Of a DNA stretch of 33,535 nt, positions 22,293 through 33,441 are shown one piece after another. How positions within the stretch are numbered: the first letter of the stretch is position 1; every line of letters begins with the position of its first letter. A model generated the notes under the pieces. That model saw only the letters and a program-made list of their open reading frames with translations. It was not told the origin of the DNA and ran no database searches. Position numbers and translations under genes: made by a program. The DNA comes from Octopus bimaculoides. Its lineage: Eukaryota. The DNA is taken from assembly GCF_001194135.2 (NCBI RefSeq), contig NC_068985.1, forward strand, positions 65,507,655-65,541,189, given 5' to 3'.

Positions 22293-25200
22293 TGTTGTGG
22301 GGATAGACATTAACACACTTGTGTGTTTAAAAGATGGACTTATTGGATTGTTATATCGTTGTTGATGTCAGAGGGTGTTTTTGAATCTTTTGTTTTGGTG
22401 CGGAAGAAATAAAAAGTATGTCTTGTGAAGACATTGATTTTACTTCTGCTTCGTTAAATTATATATCCAAATGTTTTAAGATAGAAAAGTGGCAATGAGA
22501 TATTGTTGTGTCAGACATTAAAATGTTTTTGGTACGAAATCAAAGAAAGACTCATTAACATGGAAGACTTATTGGCTGGCATGATGCAGATGCAACAACA
22601 CCAACAACAACAGTTACTACAACTACAACAGCAACAACAATACCAACAGTTGCTGGAATTAATGTTGAAGAAGTCTGAAAATACTTCAGGTTCATTCTTG
22701 CCAGGCGGCACAGCAAACCCAATTGGAGAATTTATCTATAACCCAGAAGGTACTACTTTTTCTGCACATTTTAGAAGATATGAAGAAATCTTCAAAGAAG
22801 AATGTAGAAATTGGAATGCTGAGAGGAAAGTGCAACTACTTTTAAGAAAGGTATCCCCTGCCAAATACAGAAAATACTGTAATTATATTCTGCCGAAGAA
22901 ATCAGGTGAGATTTTTTATTGAAAATTTTCAGTGAAAGAAGTTCCTCGTTCAATACTGGCTGGCAGTGTTTAAATTTAGTTAAAAAGAATGATGACGATT
23001 TTGTCATCTATGCTGGGGTTTTTAGTGTGAAAAATTCAAATTAAATGAATTAACCCTGGACTTGTTCAAATGTCAAATTTTTGTTCAAGGGCTAACTGCA
23101 AGCATAGATGTTGATATACATTCCCATATATTAAAAAAATTAGAACAGGGCCAAAAATTAACTCTACCAGCATTGGCTGAAGAATGCCAAGGGATTATAA
23201 ATTTAAGACATGTTGCAGATAAAATTGAAGAAAAAGATTGCTCTGATATACATGCATGTCGACCTGAAGTGGATAAGAAAAAGTAAAAACTAAGTCTATG
23301 CTGTGGGTGCAGAGGTTTACATTTTAAAAGTAACTGCCTTTAAAAATCTTAAATATTTTGAGTGTGGAAAAAACCATACATAAAAGCTCACATTGTATAG
23401 TGAAACAAAAAAAGGGTCAAACAAAAAAAATTCTAGAAAGAATGTATTGTCAACAAAAATTCTAAGTGAGGTTCAGAAAAGAAAATTTGTGTCCATAAAA
23501 ATGAATAATGTGAATATCAATTTACAATTGAATATGGGCAGTGAAATCACAATAATTAACACAGATACATGGAGAAAAATAAGGAAATCTAAATTAAAGG
23601 AAACTTCAAAAATTGCGCAAGGTGTTTCAGAAAAAAAATTGCATTTTATGGGTGAAATAAGTGATGTTACATTATGATTATGTGAAAATACTTTGAAAGC
23701 CAAATTTTTTTTTTGCTGTTGAAAAATATTACAAATTTATTTGAAACAGACTGGATGGAATTATTTAACTTATGGGACCTCCTCATAAATATTTTTTGTG
23801 AAAATGTAAATGGTTCTTCTGCCAGTACAAATAAGGCGGAGAAGGATTTAAAAAAAGAATTTTAAAAAATTTTTCCTGAGGTTTTTTCTGATGAATTGGG
23901 TTTTTGCACCAAAATACAGATGAAAACTCTATATTGGTATTTAAACCAAAACGAACTGTACCTTTCACAGTGTTGAAAGAAGTCAACAAAGAATTGGATA
24001 AACTTGAAAAGTTTGGTGTTATTGAAAAAATTGATTACACAAAATGGGTATCCCCAACAGTTTATGTCAAGAAAAAAAAAAAAAAATCCAAGTATGCACT
24101 GATTTTTCAACAGATTTAAATGAATGGTTGATGCCATATAATTGCCTGTTACCAAGTGTGGAGCGAATTTTCGCAAAGTTGAATGGAGGAAACTTTTTTT
24201 CAAAATTGGACCGATCTGAAGCAGGTAAAAGTTGATGAGGAATGTTCAAAATTATTGACAATTAATACCCATAAAGGGTTATATAAATTTAATCACCTTT
24301 CTTTTTGGTATAAAGGTAACACTTGGCATTTTCCAACAAGTTATGGATACTATGCTTGCAGGTTTGGGTTTCGCTATAGTTTACCTTGACAGCATCCTCA
24401 TAAAAAGTGAATCTCAGGCTCAGTATGCTGAGCATGTTAAAAAGGTCTTTGAAAGAATAAAAGATGATGGGTTTAGTGTGAATTTTTTATGCCAAGAATA
24501 AAATATCTAGGGCAGATTATCGATGAAAATGGACAGAGACCAGACCCGTTTAGGACAAGTGCAATAAAAGATATGCCTCCCTGACAAACATTTGAATGTT
24601 ACAAGCATTTTGGGGGCTTGCAAATTACTACCAGGTATACATTCTGAATATGCATGATTTAAAAGCACCCCTGAATAACTTGTTAAAAAAAGACATTAAG
24701 TGGAACTGGTCAAACAAATACCAAAAAACTTTTGAAGAAATTAAAAACATCTTAACGTCGGACTTGTTGTTATCACATTTTGATCCAAATTTAGAAATAG
24801 TGGTATCAAATGCTAGTGAAAGTGGTATTGGAGCTGTGATTTTACACAACTTCGAAGCAGTAGCTCATGCTTTGTGTTCTTTATTGCCGGCTGAGAAAAG
24901 TTACAGTCAAATAGAAAAGGGAGCATTAGCCATCAAATTTATGGTAAAAAAATTCCATGAATTTATACATCAATGAAGGTTCTGTTTGCAGGCAGACCAC
25001 TGCCCATTATTGTCGATTTATGGATCAAAAAAGGGTATCCTCACAGATACAGCCAACAGATTGCAGCACTGGGGAACGATCCTACTGAATTATGACTTCA
25101 AAATGGAGTCATCTAAAAAATTGGGACATGCAGATGGTTTGTCAAGGTTAATACCAAAATACAGTGAACCACTAGAAGGCACAGTGATAGCAGCATTAAG

Positions 25201-26340
25201 AGCCGAAAATGAAATAAAAAATATATTGTGCAACATTGTGTGTGAATTGTCTGTGACATTGGAGGAAACAAAAAGTAAAGCAGAGACGGATGAGTTAATC
25301 ATAAAAATGAAAAAAAATAGTGAGATCAGAAGAAACAATTAAAAAAATACATGTGGCTGGATGTAACACAGTTTTAAATTTGTATTCAATATGTAATAAT
25401 GTGCTTATAATGCCTGCCTCACCACAAAATTGAATGTCAAAAGAATTCCACACTGGACATCCAAGACTGATATTCCATAGTCCAGACTACATATAGACTT
25501 TGCAGGACCATTAAACCAATCATATTATCTAATAGTGGTAGGGAGCTTTACAAAATGGCCAGAAATGTATAAATGTCAAAAAACTGACCTCCACAGTAAC
25601 AGTGGAATTTCTCCACAAAGTTTTTGCTAGGTATGGCGTCCCAGATGCCATAGTCTCCAATAATGGTACACAATTTACAGCGAATGAATTAAAGAATTTT
25701 TGCAAGATGTACTCAATTGAACATATCACTACTCCTCTGTATCATCCAAGATCGGATAAGCTGATTGCTTTGTGGACACGTTCAAAAGGGTACTAAAGAA
25801 ATTCAGAAATGAGTTAGTGGATGATGCAGCATTGACGCACTTCCTAAGAATTTATCATGTAATGCCAAAGCCTAATACCTTTTCAGGCAAGTCACATGCT
25901 GAACTGATGTTCGCAAGAAAAATTTTCAGTTTCCGACAAGTTATTACCTGGGAGAAAAAATAAAAACTGAAGAAAAAACTCAAAATATGACCAAGTATTT
26001 TAAAACTGGTGATAATGTGTTTTTCAGAGTGTACAGAAATGGAAAAGAAGGTTGGGAAGATGGCAAAATAATAAAATGGGTTAGTAAAATGACATACATG
26101 GTAAAAGGTTCGAAATGGGAACATAAAAGATACATAAATCAGCTGGAAAGAAGGTTTACTAAAGAAAGGGTTATGAAGAAAGAAGTACCTATGGAAGTTC
26201 TCTATGATATTTTTGGTGTGCCGACTCTACAAGAAATCGTCGAACCAAGGCATAACAGTACAAGAAAAAGAAAACATACAGAATTGTTGGAGGTAGTTCC
26301 GAAATGAAAAATATTGAGTTTCAAATGGAAGTAAATCTCA
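22293..26340 (+). mobile_element. Ty3/Gypsy LTR retrotransposon 2 (decayed, 3' LTR not seen)
   Basis: Putative LTR from TGTTGTGGGG (22293) to ~22483, PBS-like TGGCAATGAG (22490-22499), gag from 22561. Then protease (LQLNMGSEITII), RT (WVSPTVYV; IVYLDSILI), RNase H (SNASESGIGAV...YSQIEKGALAI; ADHCPLL), integrase (HIDFAGP; SNNGTQFT; YHPRS) and a GPY/F-like FKTGDNVF. Domain order PR-RT-RH-IN. Resembles Mag-like lineages (lower confidence). Confidence 0.92.
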
Positions 26341-27365
26341 AAAAGGGACCAAGTTAGAAGCGGGGTTGGATGCTCTGAGAGTGTAGCTGCTAGAATAAGA
26401 ATCACCTGAGCAAAGTTCAGAGAGCTCCTACCTCTGCTGGTGACAAAGGGCCTCTCCCTCAGAATAAAAGGTAGACTATATAGCACATGTGTGTGAATAG
26501 CCATGCTACATGGCAGTGAAAAATGGGCCGTGACTGCTGAGGACTTGTGTAAGCTTTCAAGTAGTGAAGCTAGTATGCTCCGCTGGATGTGTAATGTCAG
26601 TGTGCTTACACAACAGAGTGTAAGTATCCTGGGAGAAAAGTTGGGCATAAGAAGCATCAGTTGTGGTGTGCAAGAGAGACAACTGCGTTGGTATGGTCTT
26701 GTGTTGAGTATAGATGAGGACAGCTGTGTGAAAAATTGTCACACCCAAGTAGTAGAGGGAACCTGTGGGAGAGGTAGACTCAGGAAGACCTGGGATGAAG
26801 TGGTGAAGCATGGCGTTCGAACTTTGGGCCTCATGGAGGTGATAACAAGTGACCAAGACCTTCGAAGATATTCTGTGCTTGAGAAGACCTGGCAAGCCAA
26901 GTGAGACCATAACCGTGACCTATGCCAGTGCAGCATAACCGGCCCATTAAAAGTACCCTTCAATCACTGGGCAATATACTGTGCTTATGAAGACCTGTTG
27001 AGTCAAATGAAGTCATTGTTGTGGCTGGCGACAGTTCTACGTGACTGGCACGTGAAAAGCACCATTCAAGCGTGGTCGTTGCCAGTGCTGCCTGTGTGGC
27101 TCCCATGCCGGTGGCGCACAAAAAGCACCATTCAAGTGTGGTCGATGCCAGTACCACCTGACTGGCCCTCGTGGCGGTGGCACATAAAAAGTATCCACCA
27201 CACTCTCAGAGTGGTTGGTGTTAGGAAGGGCATCCGGGTGTAGAAACTTTGCCGGATCAAATTGCAGCCCGGTGGAGCCTTCTGGCTTGCCAGCTCTCAA
27301 TCAAACCGTCCAACCCATGCCAGCATGGAATGCGGACGTCAAATGATGCTGATGAAAATGATGAT
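26341..27365 (+). mobile_element. RTE-type LINE 3' fragment
   Basis: GCSESVAARIRITWAKFRELLPLLVTKGLSLRIKGRLY...MLHGSEKW...RGRLRKTWDEVVK. Tail gtcaaaccgtccaacccatgccagcatgg followed by (GAT)n-like repeats. Confidence 0.9.
27046..27195. repeat. 66-bp minisatellite (~2.3 units) in the RTE 3' UTR
   Basis: AAAAG(C/T)A recurs at 27055, 27121 and 27187. Units start TGGC(A/G)C at 27046, 27112 and 27178. Confidence 0.85.
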
Positions 27366-27422
27366 ATATATATATATAGATAGATAGATAGATAGATAGA
27401 TATATAGATATGTGTGTGTGTG

Positions 27423-27712
27423 TTATAGCCTCAGGCCAACCAGAGCCTTGCGAGTGGATTTCATACACGGAAACTGAAAGAAGACTCTCATATATATGTG
27501 TATATTTGTGTGTGTGTGCCTGTATTTGTACCCCCACCATTGCTTGACAACCTATGTTGCTGTGTTTACATTCCCATAACTTAGCGGTTCAGTAAAAGAC
27601 AATGATAGAATAAGTACTAGGCTTACAAAGAATAAATCCATGGTCGATTTGTTCAAGCAATGGCAATGCTCCAGTATGGCTGTAGTCACATGACTGATAC
27701 AAGTAAAACAAA
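27423..27712 (+). mobile_element. SINE family 1, 5'-truncated
   Basis: Collinear with the 3' two-thirds of 8374-8750. Confidence 0.85.
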
Positions 27713-27803
27713 AAAAAAAAAACTATGCCATTTTAATCCTGAGGAAGGTCAGTATCTCTGCTAGTATATATATAAAAGTGAGGTTGTGTGTGTGTGTGAA
27801 TAA

Positions 27804-28035
27804 GGCTGCGAGCTGGCAGAAATGTTAGCACGCTGGGCAAAATGCTTAGCGGTATTTCGTCTGCTGCTACGTTCTGAGTTCAAATTCCGCCAAGATCGAC
27901 TTTGCTTTTCATCCTTTCAGGGTCGATTAAATAAGTACCAGTTACGCACTGGGGTCGATATAATCGACTTAATCTGTTTGTCTGTCCTTGTTTGTCCCCT
28001 CTGTGTGTAGCCCTTTGTGGGCAGTAAAGAAATAA
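27804..28035 (+). mobile_element. SINE family 2, near full length
   Basis: gctgcgagctggcagaaatgttagcacgctgggcaaaatgcttagcgg...ttctgagttcaaattccgcc...gtaaagaaataag. Inserted within a (GT)n tract. Confidence 0.85.
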
Positions 28036-28223
28036 GTGTGTGTGTAAACCCACATAACTTCTGAAGTTCACTACTGATTTTCTCTAAACTGGGAACATAC
28101 ATTACTTATGTTGCAGAGATGGTTTTAGACTCTTAAAATTTTTCACATACTTAGTAACAGGCCCTATGGGAGCAGAAAAGACCCTTTTGAAGATTATGTG
28201 TATAAGGGAGGTAACTCTTTCTG

Positions 28224-28863
28224 ATGTATCCTTCAGAAATTGATGTCTCCCTTACATGCATTGGTCAACAAAATTATCACAATCTCAATTGGGTGTTTGA
28301 AAGAACAATACTGGCTCGAAAAAACAGCACTGTAAGTAAATTTAATGTGCAGCTGTTGCAGTACCTTCCTGGAAGTTCTCAGATCTATAAGTTAGTTGAT
28401 ACAATCCCAGATCCAGAAGAGGTGGCAAATTATCCAACAGAATTTCTCAATTCATTGGAGCCTCCAGGACTGCCTTCTTGCAGACTGGAACTTAAAGTGG
28501 GAACTCCAGTAATGTTATTGAGGAATTTACATTCATCAATATTCTGTAGTGGGACATGTCTCATGGTAATGAATATGATGTAACATGTTATTGAGGCCAC
28601 CATTCTCTCTGGATGTAGAAAAGGAGAGGATGTTTTCCTTTTTCATTCAGAAGATGGCAATTTCATATTCATATCAGCTTTGCAATGTCTCTCAATAAAT
28701 CCCAGGGTCAAACACTGTCTGTGACAGAACTTCACTTGGAAGAGTCATGCTTCTCACTCGAGTAATTAAATGTTGGCTGCTCTAGAGTGGGAAGCGAAAA
28801 AATCTATTTGCATTTGTTCCACAAAAGAAACCAAAGAATATTGTTTACCAAGAGGTTTTGTAG
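28224..28863 (+). pseudogene. Second Helitron PIF1 helicase remnant (C-terminal half)
   Basis: ERTILARKN...YPTEFLNSLEPPGLPSCRLELKVGTPVMLLRNL...GCRKGEDVF. Frameshifted remnants follow, consistent with the INKSQGQT, VGCSRVG and TKNIVYQEVL* segments. Confidence 0.85.
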
Positions 28864-29442
28864 GAATGACTACATCCTATGATGGACTCCAGTATCTACT
28901 GCTATTTGTGAATGGTGAAGATGGATACCATTTCGGCATAATACTAACAAACCTCAAGATTGCATCGACAAAGCATTTTCCTGCATGGACTTCAGTATCA
29001 AAGCATATTCTCCAATTACTCCCACTAACCATGTGGTAAGCCATTACGCCTTATTTTTTCAAGTAATTCATTACTATATATTCACATGTGACTGCATAGG
29101 CTTACTTTATGTTTCTTATTCTATAGCCACTCCAGCAATCCAATGTCAACCTTTTGCCTTCTGCAACATTTCAGCAATCCACTTCCCTGATACCATCTCT
29201 CATTGCAGGCCCTTTCCGGAATGTACCCATTTACATACAATATCTTCATTACACCTACATTCATTCAACTGTCAACCATACAATGGGTCATGTTAGATGC
29301 AGTACCAACTGCTGCAAAGGAGAGTATATCCACTAACAACTTTTCAGTGTGTTCAAAAATCGCATACACCCCACCCCCAATTTTATATATATGTAATATT
29401 AGGTATGGTGTATATTTAAAGAAATTATTTTTAAAAGAAAGA

Positions 29443-29691
29443 GAAGTTACGGGGACGTAAACACACCAGCATCGGTTGTCAAGCGATGTTGCGGGGACAA
29501 ACACAGACACACAAACACACGCACACATATATATATACAACGGGTTTCTTTCAGTTTTTGTCTACCAAATCCTCTCACAAGGCTTTGGTCGGCCTGAAGC
29601 TATAGTAGAAGACACTTGCCCAAAGTGCCACGCAGTGGGACTTAACCCGGAACCATGTGGTTGGTAGGCAAGCTACTTACCACATAGCCAC
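29443..29691 (-). mobile_element. SINE family 1, antisense, 3'-truncated
   Basis: The reverse complement reads gtggctatgtggtaagtagcttgcctaccaaccacatggttccgggttaagtcccactgcgtggcac..., matching the head of 8374-8750. Confidence 0.88.
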
Positions 29692-30029
29692 GTTTTTGTA
29701 GAAATAATAAAATATGAGTTGAGAATCTAGCTTGGCATAAAAGAAGTCGAAAGTCTATAGTATTATTATATAATTAATAATTGTCTAACTGATGTAAGGT
29801 TATAGTAAATTGTGAGTGTAAGAAAAAAATTTATTTATTTGTGGAGTAATGGGTGCAAATAAGTATATTAAAAAATACAAAAAATAATTTGTATATAAAA
29901 AATCTTATAAAGGAAAATAATTTATATTGTATACTGATACATTTACAGGGAACATATCTGTGAAAAAAAGTATACATAGGATTACATATTCTAGCTACTT
30001 TTTAAGTTATTTTATTTGAAAGTGTATGT

Positions 30030-33000
30030 GACAGAGAGGACACCATACAAGGAGAATGAGAATATTTATACTGCTGTAAAGATAGGGGGAAAAGCAGGGC
30101 CAAAAAACGAATCTAGGTGTGGGTGGAAGTAGGGATGGGGTATGTAGGAGTGGGGGGAATGTATAGGATGGTGGGGTTGGAATGTGTAAGGATGGGGTAA
30201 TGAGGGAGGGGTGATGATGAAAAGAGAGTGTGGAAGGGAGAAGGTAGGTAGGATTGAAGAGAGGAAGTAGGTGTCAGAGCAAGAGAGGATAGAGGAGGAG
30301 GGTTAGATGAAAAGGGGAGGAGAGTTGAGCCCATGTGGCACAAAGGAGTGAAGAGAGAACATTAATCCCTGTTCATGGCGAACACGGAAGTCTGGATGGC
30401 CCTTGTGCATGGACAATCCGAACACAGATAGGTGTTGTAAAGAATGACCGGTACAGCGGAAATGGTGTGAGACCAGGATGTCATTGCCGAGTCTGATGTC
30501 TCAGAGGTGTTCCACAAAGAGGTCAGCCAAGTGGTGTCCCGTTTGTCTGATGTATAGAGAAGGACAAAGAGAGCAGGAGATGCAATAGATGACATTGCTA
30601 GAAGTGCAGGCGAAGGAGTCAGTGATATGATAGGGTCGATGATAGGTGCATGTGAGGTGGGTGGTGTTGGAGAGGAAAGGGCAAGTGCAGCAACATGGGC
30701 AGGAGCAGGGGAACGAGCCATGTTGGGAGGTTGGGTTAGGGAAGGAACTGTGGACCAAGAGGTCTCATAGGTCATGGGCTCGTTTGAAGGAGGGGAGGGG
30801 TCAGTTAGGGAAGGTGTGCGAAGTGGAGGGGTCAGATTGGAGTTGCCAGAAGGCTTGGAGAATGGTGCATTGGAGAGGTAGAGTGGTGGGGTGGTAGGTG
30901 AAGGTAAACGGGTGATGGAGGTGTGGGGAGAGAGCAGATGCATGGTCCATGGAACATTCTCTGGCAAGGGTGGAGTGGATAGTGGTGAGGGGATATCCAC
31001 GTAGGATGAAGTGGCAAGCTATGAGTTGAGACTGAGTCCCAAAGTCATGGTTGTCACTGAAGAGCTTGCATAGACAGAGGAATTGGGAATAGGAGATGAA
31101 GCGCTTGGTGTGTTTAGGGTGGGAGGAGGAGGAGTTGAGGTGTGAGTTTGTGTGTTTGTAGTGGATGGTGGTGGTGAGAGTGGAGTGATGAATGCTGACC
31201 GAAATGTCAAGAAAGGCAACGGAAATGTCAGAAATATTGCAGGAAAAGTGGAAGGCAGGATGGAAAGATTTGACAAAAGAGTAGAAGGAGTCTAGATGTT
31301 TGTGGGAGAGTGAGGTCGCATCAATACAGTCGTCAATATAACGACCATATATTTCGGGAGTGGGACCAGGGGAACTAGAGAATATTTGGGCCTCAACATA
31401 GCCAATGAACAGGTTCGCATAGTTGGGCCCATTCCCGTTCCCATGGCCACTCCCGAGACTTGCTGCTAAAAATCACCTGCGAACGAGAAGCAGTTAAGGG
31501 AGAGGACAAGTTCGGCCAGACGAAGGAGTGTGGATGTGTCAGGCTGGGGGTTGGGTCGAAGGTCAAGGAAATGTTGGAGTGAACGCAGCCCCTCGTGGTG
31601 AGGGATCACTGTGTATAGGCTCTTGATGTCAAGAGTGAAGAGAAGTTTAGAGGGGCCAGGAGAAAGAATTGAACAAACAAAGAGCATGGTTGGTGTCATG
31701 GATGTGAGAGGGGAGGGAAGCCACTAGGGGGGGGGGGCTAAGACACGGTCAAGATATCTGGAGATGAGTTCGGTGGGGCAGTTGTAGGCAGAGACAATGG
31801 GACGGCCAGGGTTGTTAGGTTTGTGGATTTGGGGGAGGAAGTAAATTGTGGGGGTGTGAGGAGTGCAGACAATGAGGTTAGAGGTGGTGGGAGGGATATG
31901 GGAAGAGGAGATGAGGTCATGGATAATGAAGGACACAGTCTGTTGGTAGCTGGGCATGAGGTTGGAGGGCAGAGGGCAGTAGAATGTGTCTTGAAGTTGG
32001 CGGAGAGCTTCTGCCTTGTAGAGGTTCGTGCGCCACACCACTATTGCCCTACCCTTGTCGGCCAGTTTTATGATGATGTCCATGCAACGTTGGAGATATC
32101 AAAGGGCCAAGAGTTCGGCTGGGGAGATGTTCAGATGTTGGGGGCGCCTGGAAAAGTCAAACCAGTTTACAGCACGCTGACAGGGACCTGCAAAAAGATC
32201 AACTGCTTGGAACTGGCCAGGAGCTGGCGTCCACTGGGATGGTCGGCAGCCCAGGTCGGTAGAGCAGTCCACACTAGATGCAGGTGGAGTGTCCCAGAAA
32301 AGTGCACACAACCTAACACGGTGCACAAAGCTGTGGATATTGGCACGAGTCCAAAATTCGTTGCTGGATAGAGTGAGGGGGATGAAGCGCAGACTATTAC
32401 TGAGGAGGGAGTGCTCTGTCTTAGAGAGGGGAAGATCAGGAGGAATGGTAACAGACTGAAGTGGAGGAGTGGATGGGTGACTGGGAGGGGATGAGGGGTA
32501 TGTGGGTGGGGGGGACAGAGGGGTAGGATGGGGGAGAGGGGTAGGGGAGGAGTCGGAGAAGTGGCATCGGGTGTGATGGAATGGAGGAGTGAGTGGAGTT
32601 TACGTTGTTTAGTGTGAGCGAGAAATTGATGAAAGAGATGATTTAAATGAATTATGTAACATAGTGTTAGCATCGGAGGGCGACTGAGAGGAGAAGATGG
32701 AAAAAGCAAGAGAGAGAAGGCGGTTGATGGGGTGTATCTTGGAGAGATTAGAATGAATGGTGGCGTGCATAAGGCGTAGGATGTAGTATGGAGTATGGGT
32801 AGGATGGTTGAAGCAGAGTGAAGAGTGGGGTGGAAATGGAGGCGGAAATCCTTTAGGGATGAGGTGGTGATGAAGGCAGCAACTGAGAAAGGAAACGTGG
32901 CTAGAGAAGCTTGTATTTTTGAAAATTAGTAGGGAAAGGCTAATAGAAGGCTGAAAGCAGTGGAAAGGTGTTTTTATAGGCGGTGGTGAAGGTGGAGGAG
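30030..33000 (-). mobile_element. Penelope-like retroelement (RT + GIY-YIG), near full length but disrupted; possibly Neptune-like
   Basis: Minus strand: IIIKLADKG...LPQIHKPNNPGRPIVS, LLFTLDIKSLYTVIPH, GVAMGTGMGPNYANLF, GRYIDD, YKHTNSH. A Cys-rich linker follows, then FACTSSNVIYCISCSLCPSLYIRQTG (GIY-YIG). Frameshifts and stops throughout; boundaries approximate. Confidence 0.9.
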
Positions 33001-33404
33001 GAAAGGTTTGTAATTAGGCATGACTGAAAAACGAGAAGGAAAGAGATATATGTGTATATATATGTGTATGTGTGTGTGCATAAATATATGTATATATATA
33101 CATATGTATATGTCAGGTCACTCTTGTGTACTACTAGTAACATGTAATCCAGTACAACCTGTCACATGGTCAGGTTGTCAGCAACTAAACTGGCAATCCC
33201 ACCAGGCTTGCTGCGTGAGGAGGGTATTGTTGGAGAACCCCGGAGGATGAAAAATAAGACTTGTCAAAGGGCGGAGGAACTCTTGAACAGTCAACAGTCA
33301 TCCAACAAAATATCTGTAAATATGTATTTCTTTTCTTATATATTGACCGTTGACTGAACACTATTCAATTTTTTTTCTCCGTGTTTTTCTCCTTGTCTCC
33401 GTAT

Positions 33405-33441
33405 TCTTTCTGTTGAAGAGCGTAGCTCGAAACGTCAAAGA
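33405..33441 (+). ncRNA. Minimal type I hammerhead motif (family 3), nearly intact
   Basis: TCTTT CTGTTGA A GAGC GTA GCTC GAAA C GTC AAAGA. Perfect 5-bp stem I, perfect 4-bp stem II, ACGU palindromic stem III and GUC triplet (cleavage predicted after 33436). Core position 6 is U instead of A. Confidence 0.75.

Noticed and set aside
15674-27195. 42-bp and 66-bp periodic arrays as CRISPR-like repeats
   Set aside because: They are head-to-tail units without unique spacers, lie inside LINE 3' UTRs in eukaryotic DNA, and have no cas genes.
1541-27360. Other CTGATGA/TCATCAG heptamers (e.g. ~1542, ~6243, ~12779, ~16704, ~23890, ~27349) as hammerheads
   Set aside because: No stem II plus GAAA plus NUH plus stem I in register. 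They fall within TE coding sequence or microsatellites.
31823-32709. Long ORFs 31823-32371(+) and 32167-32709(-) as independent genes
   Set aside because: They are shadow frames of the compositionally skewed Penelope-like element.
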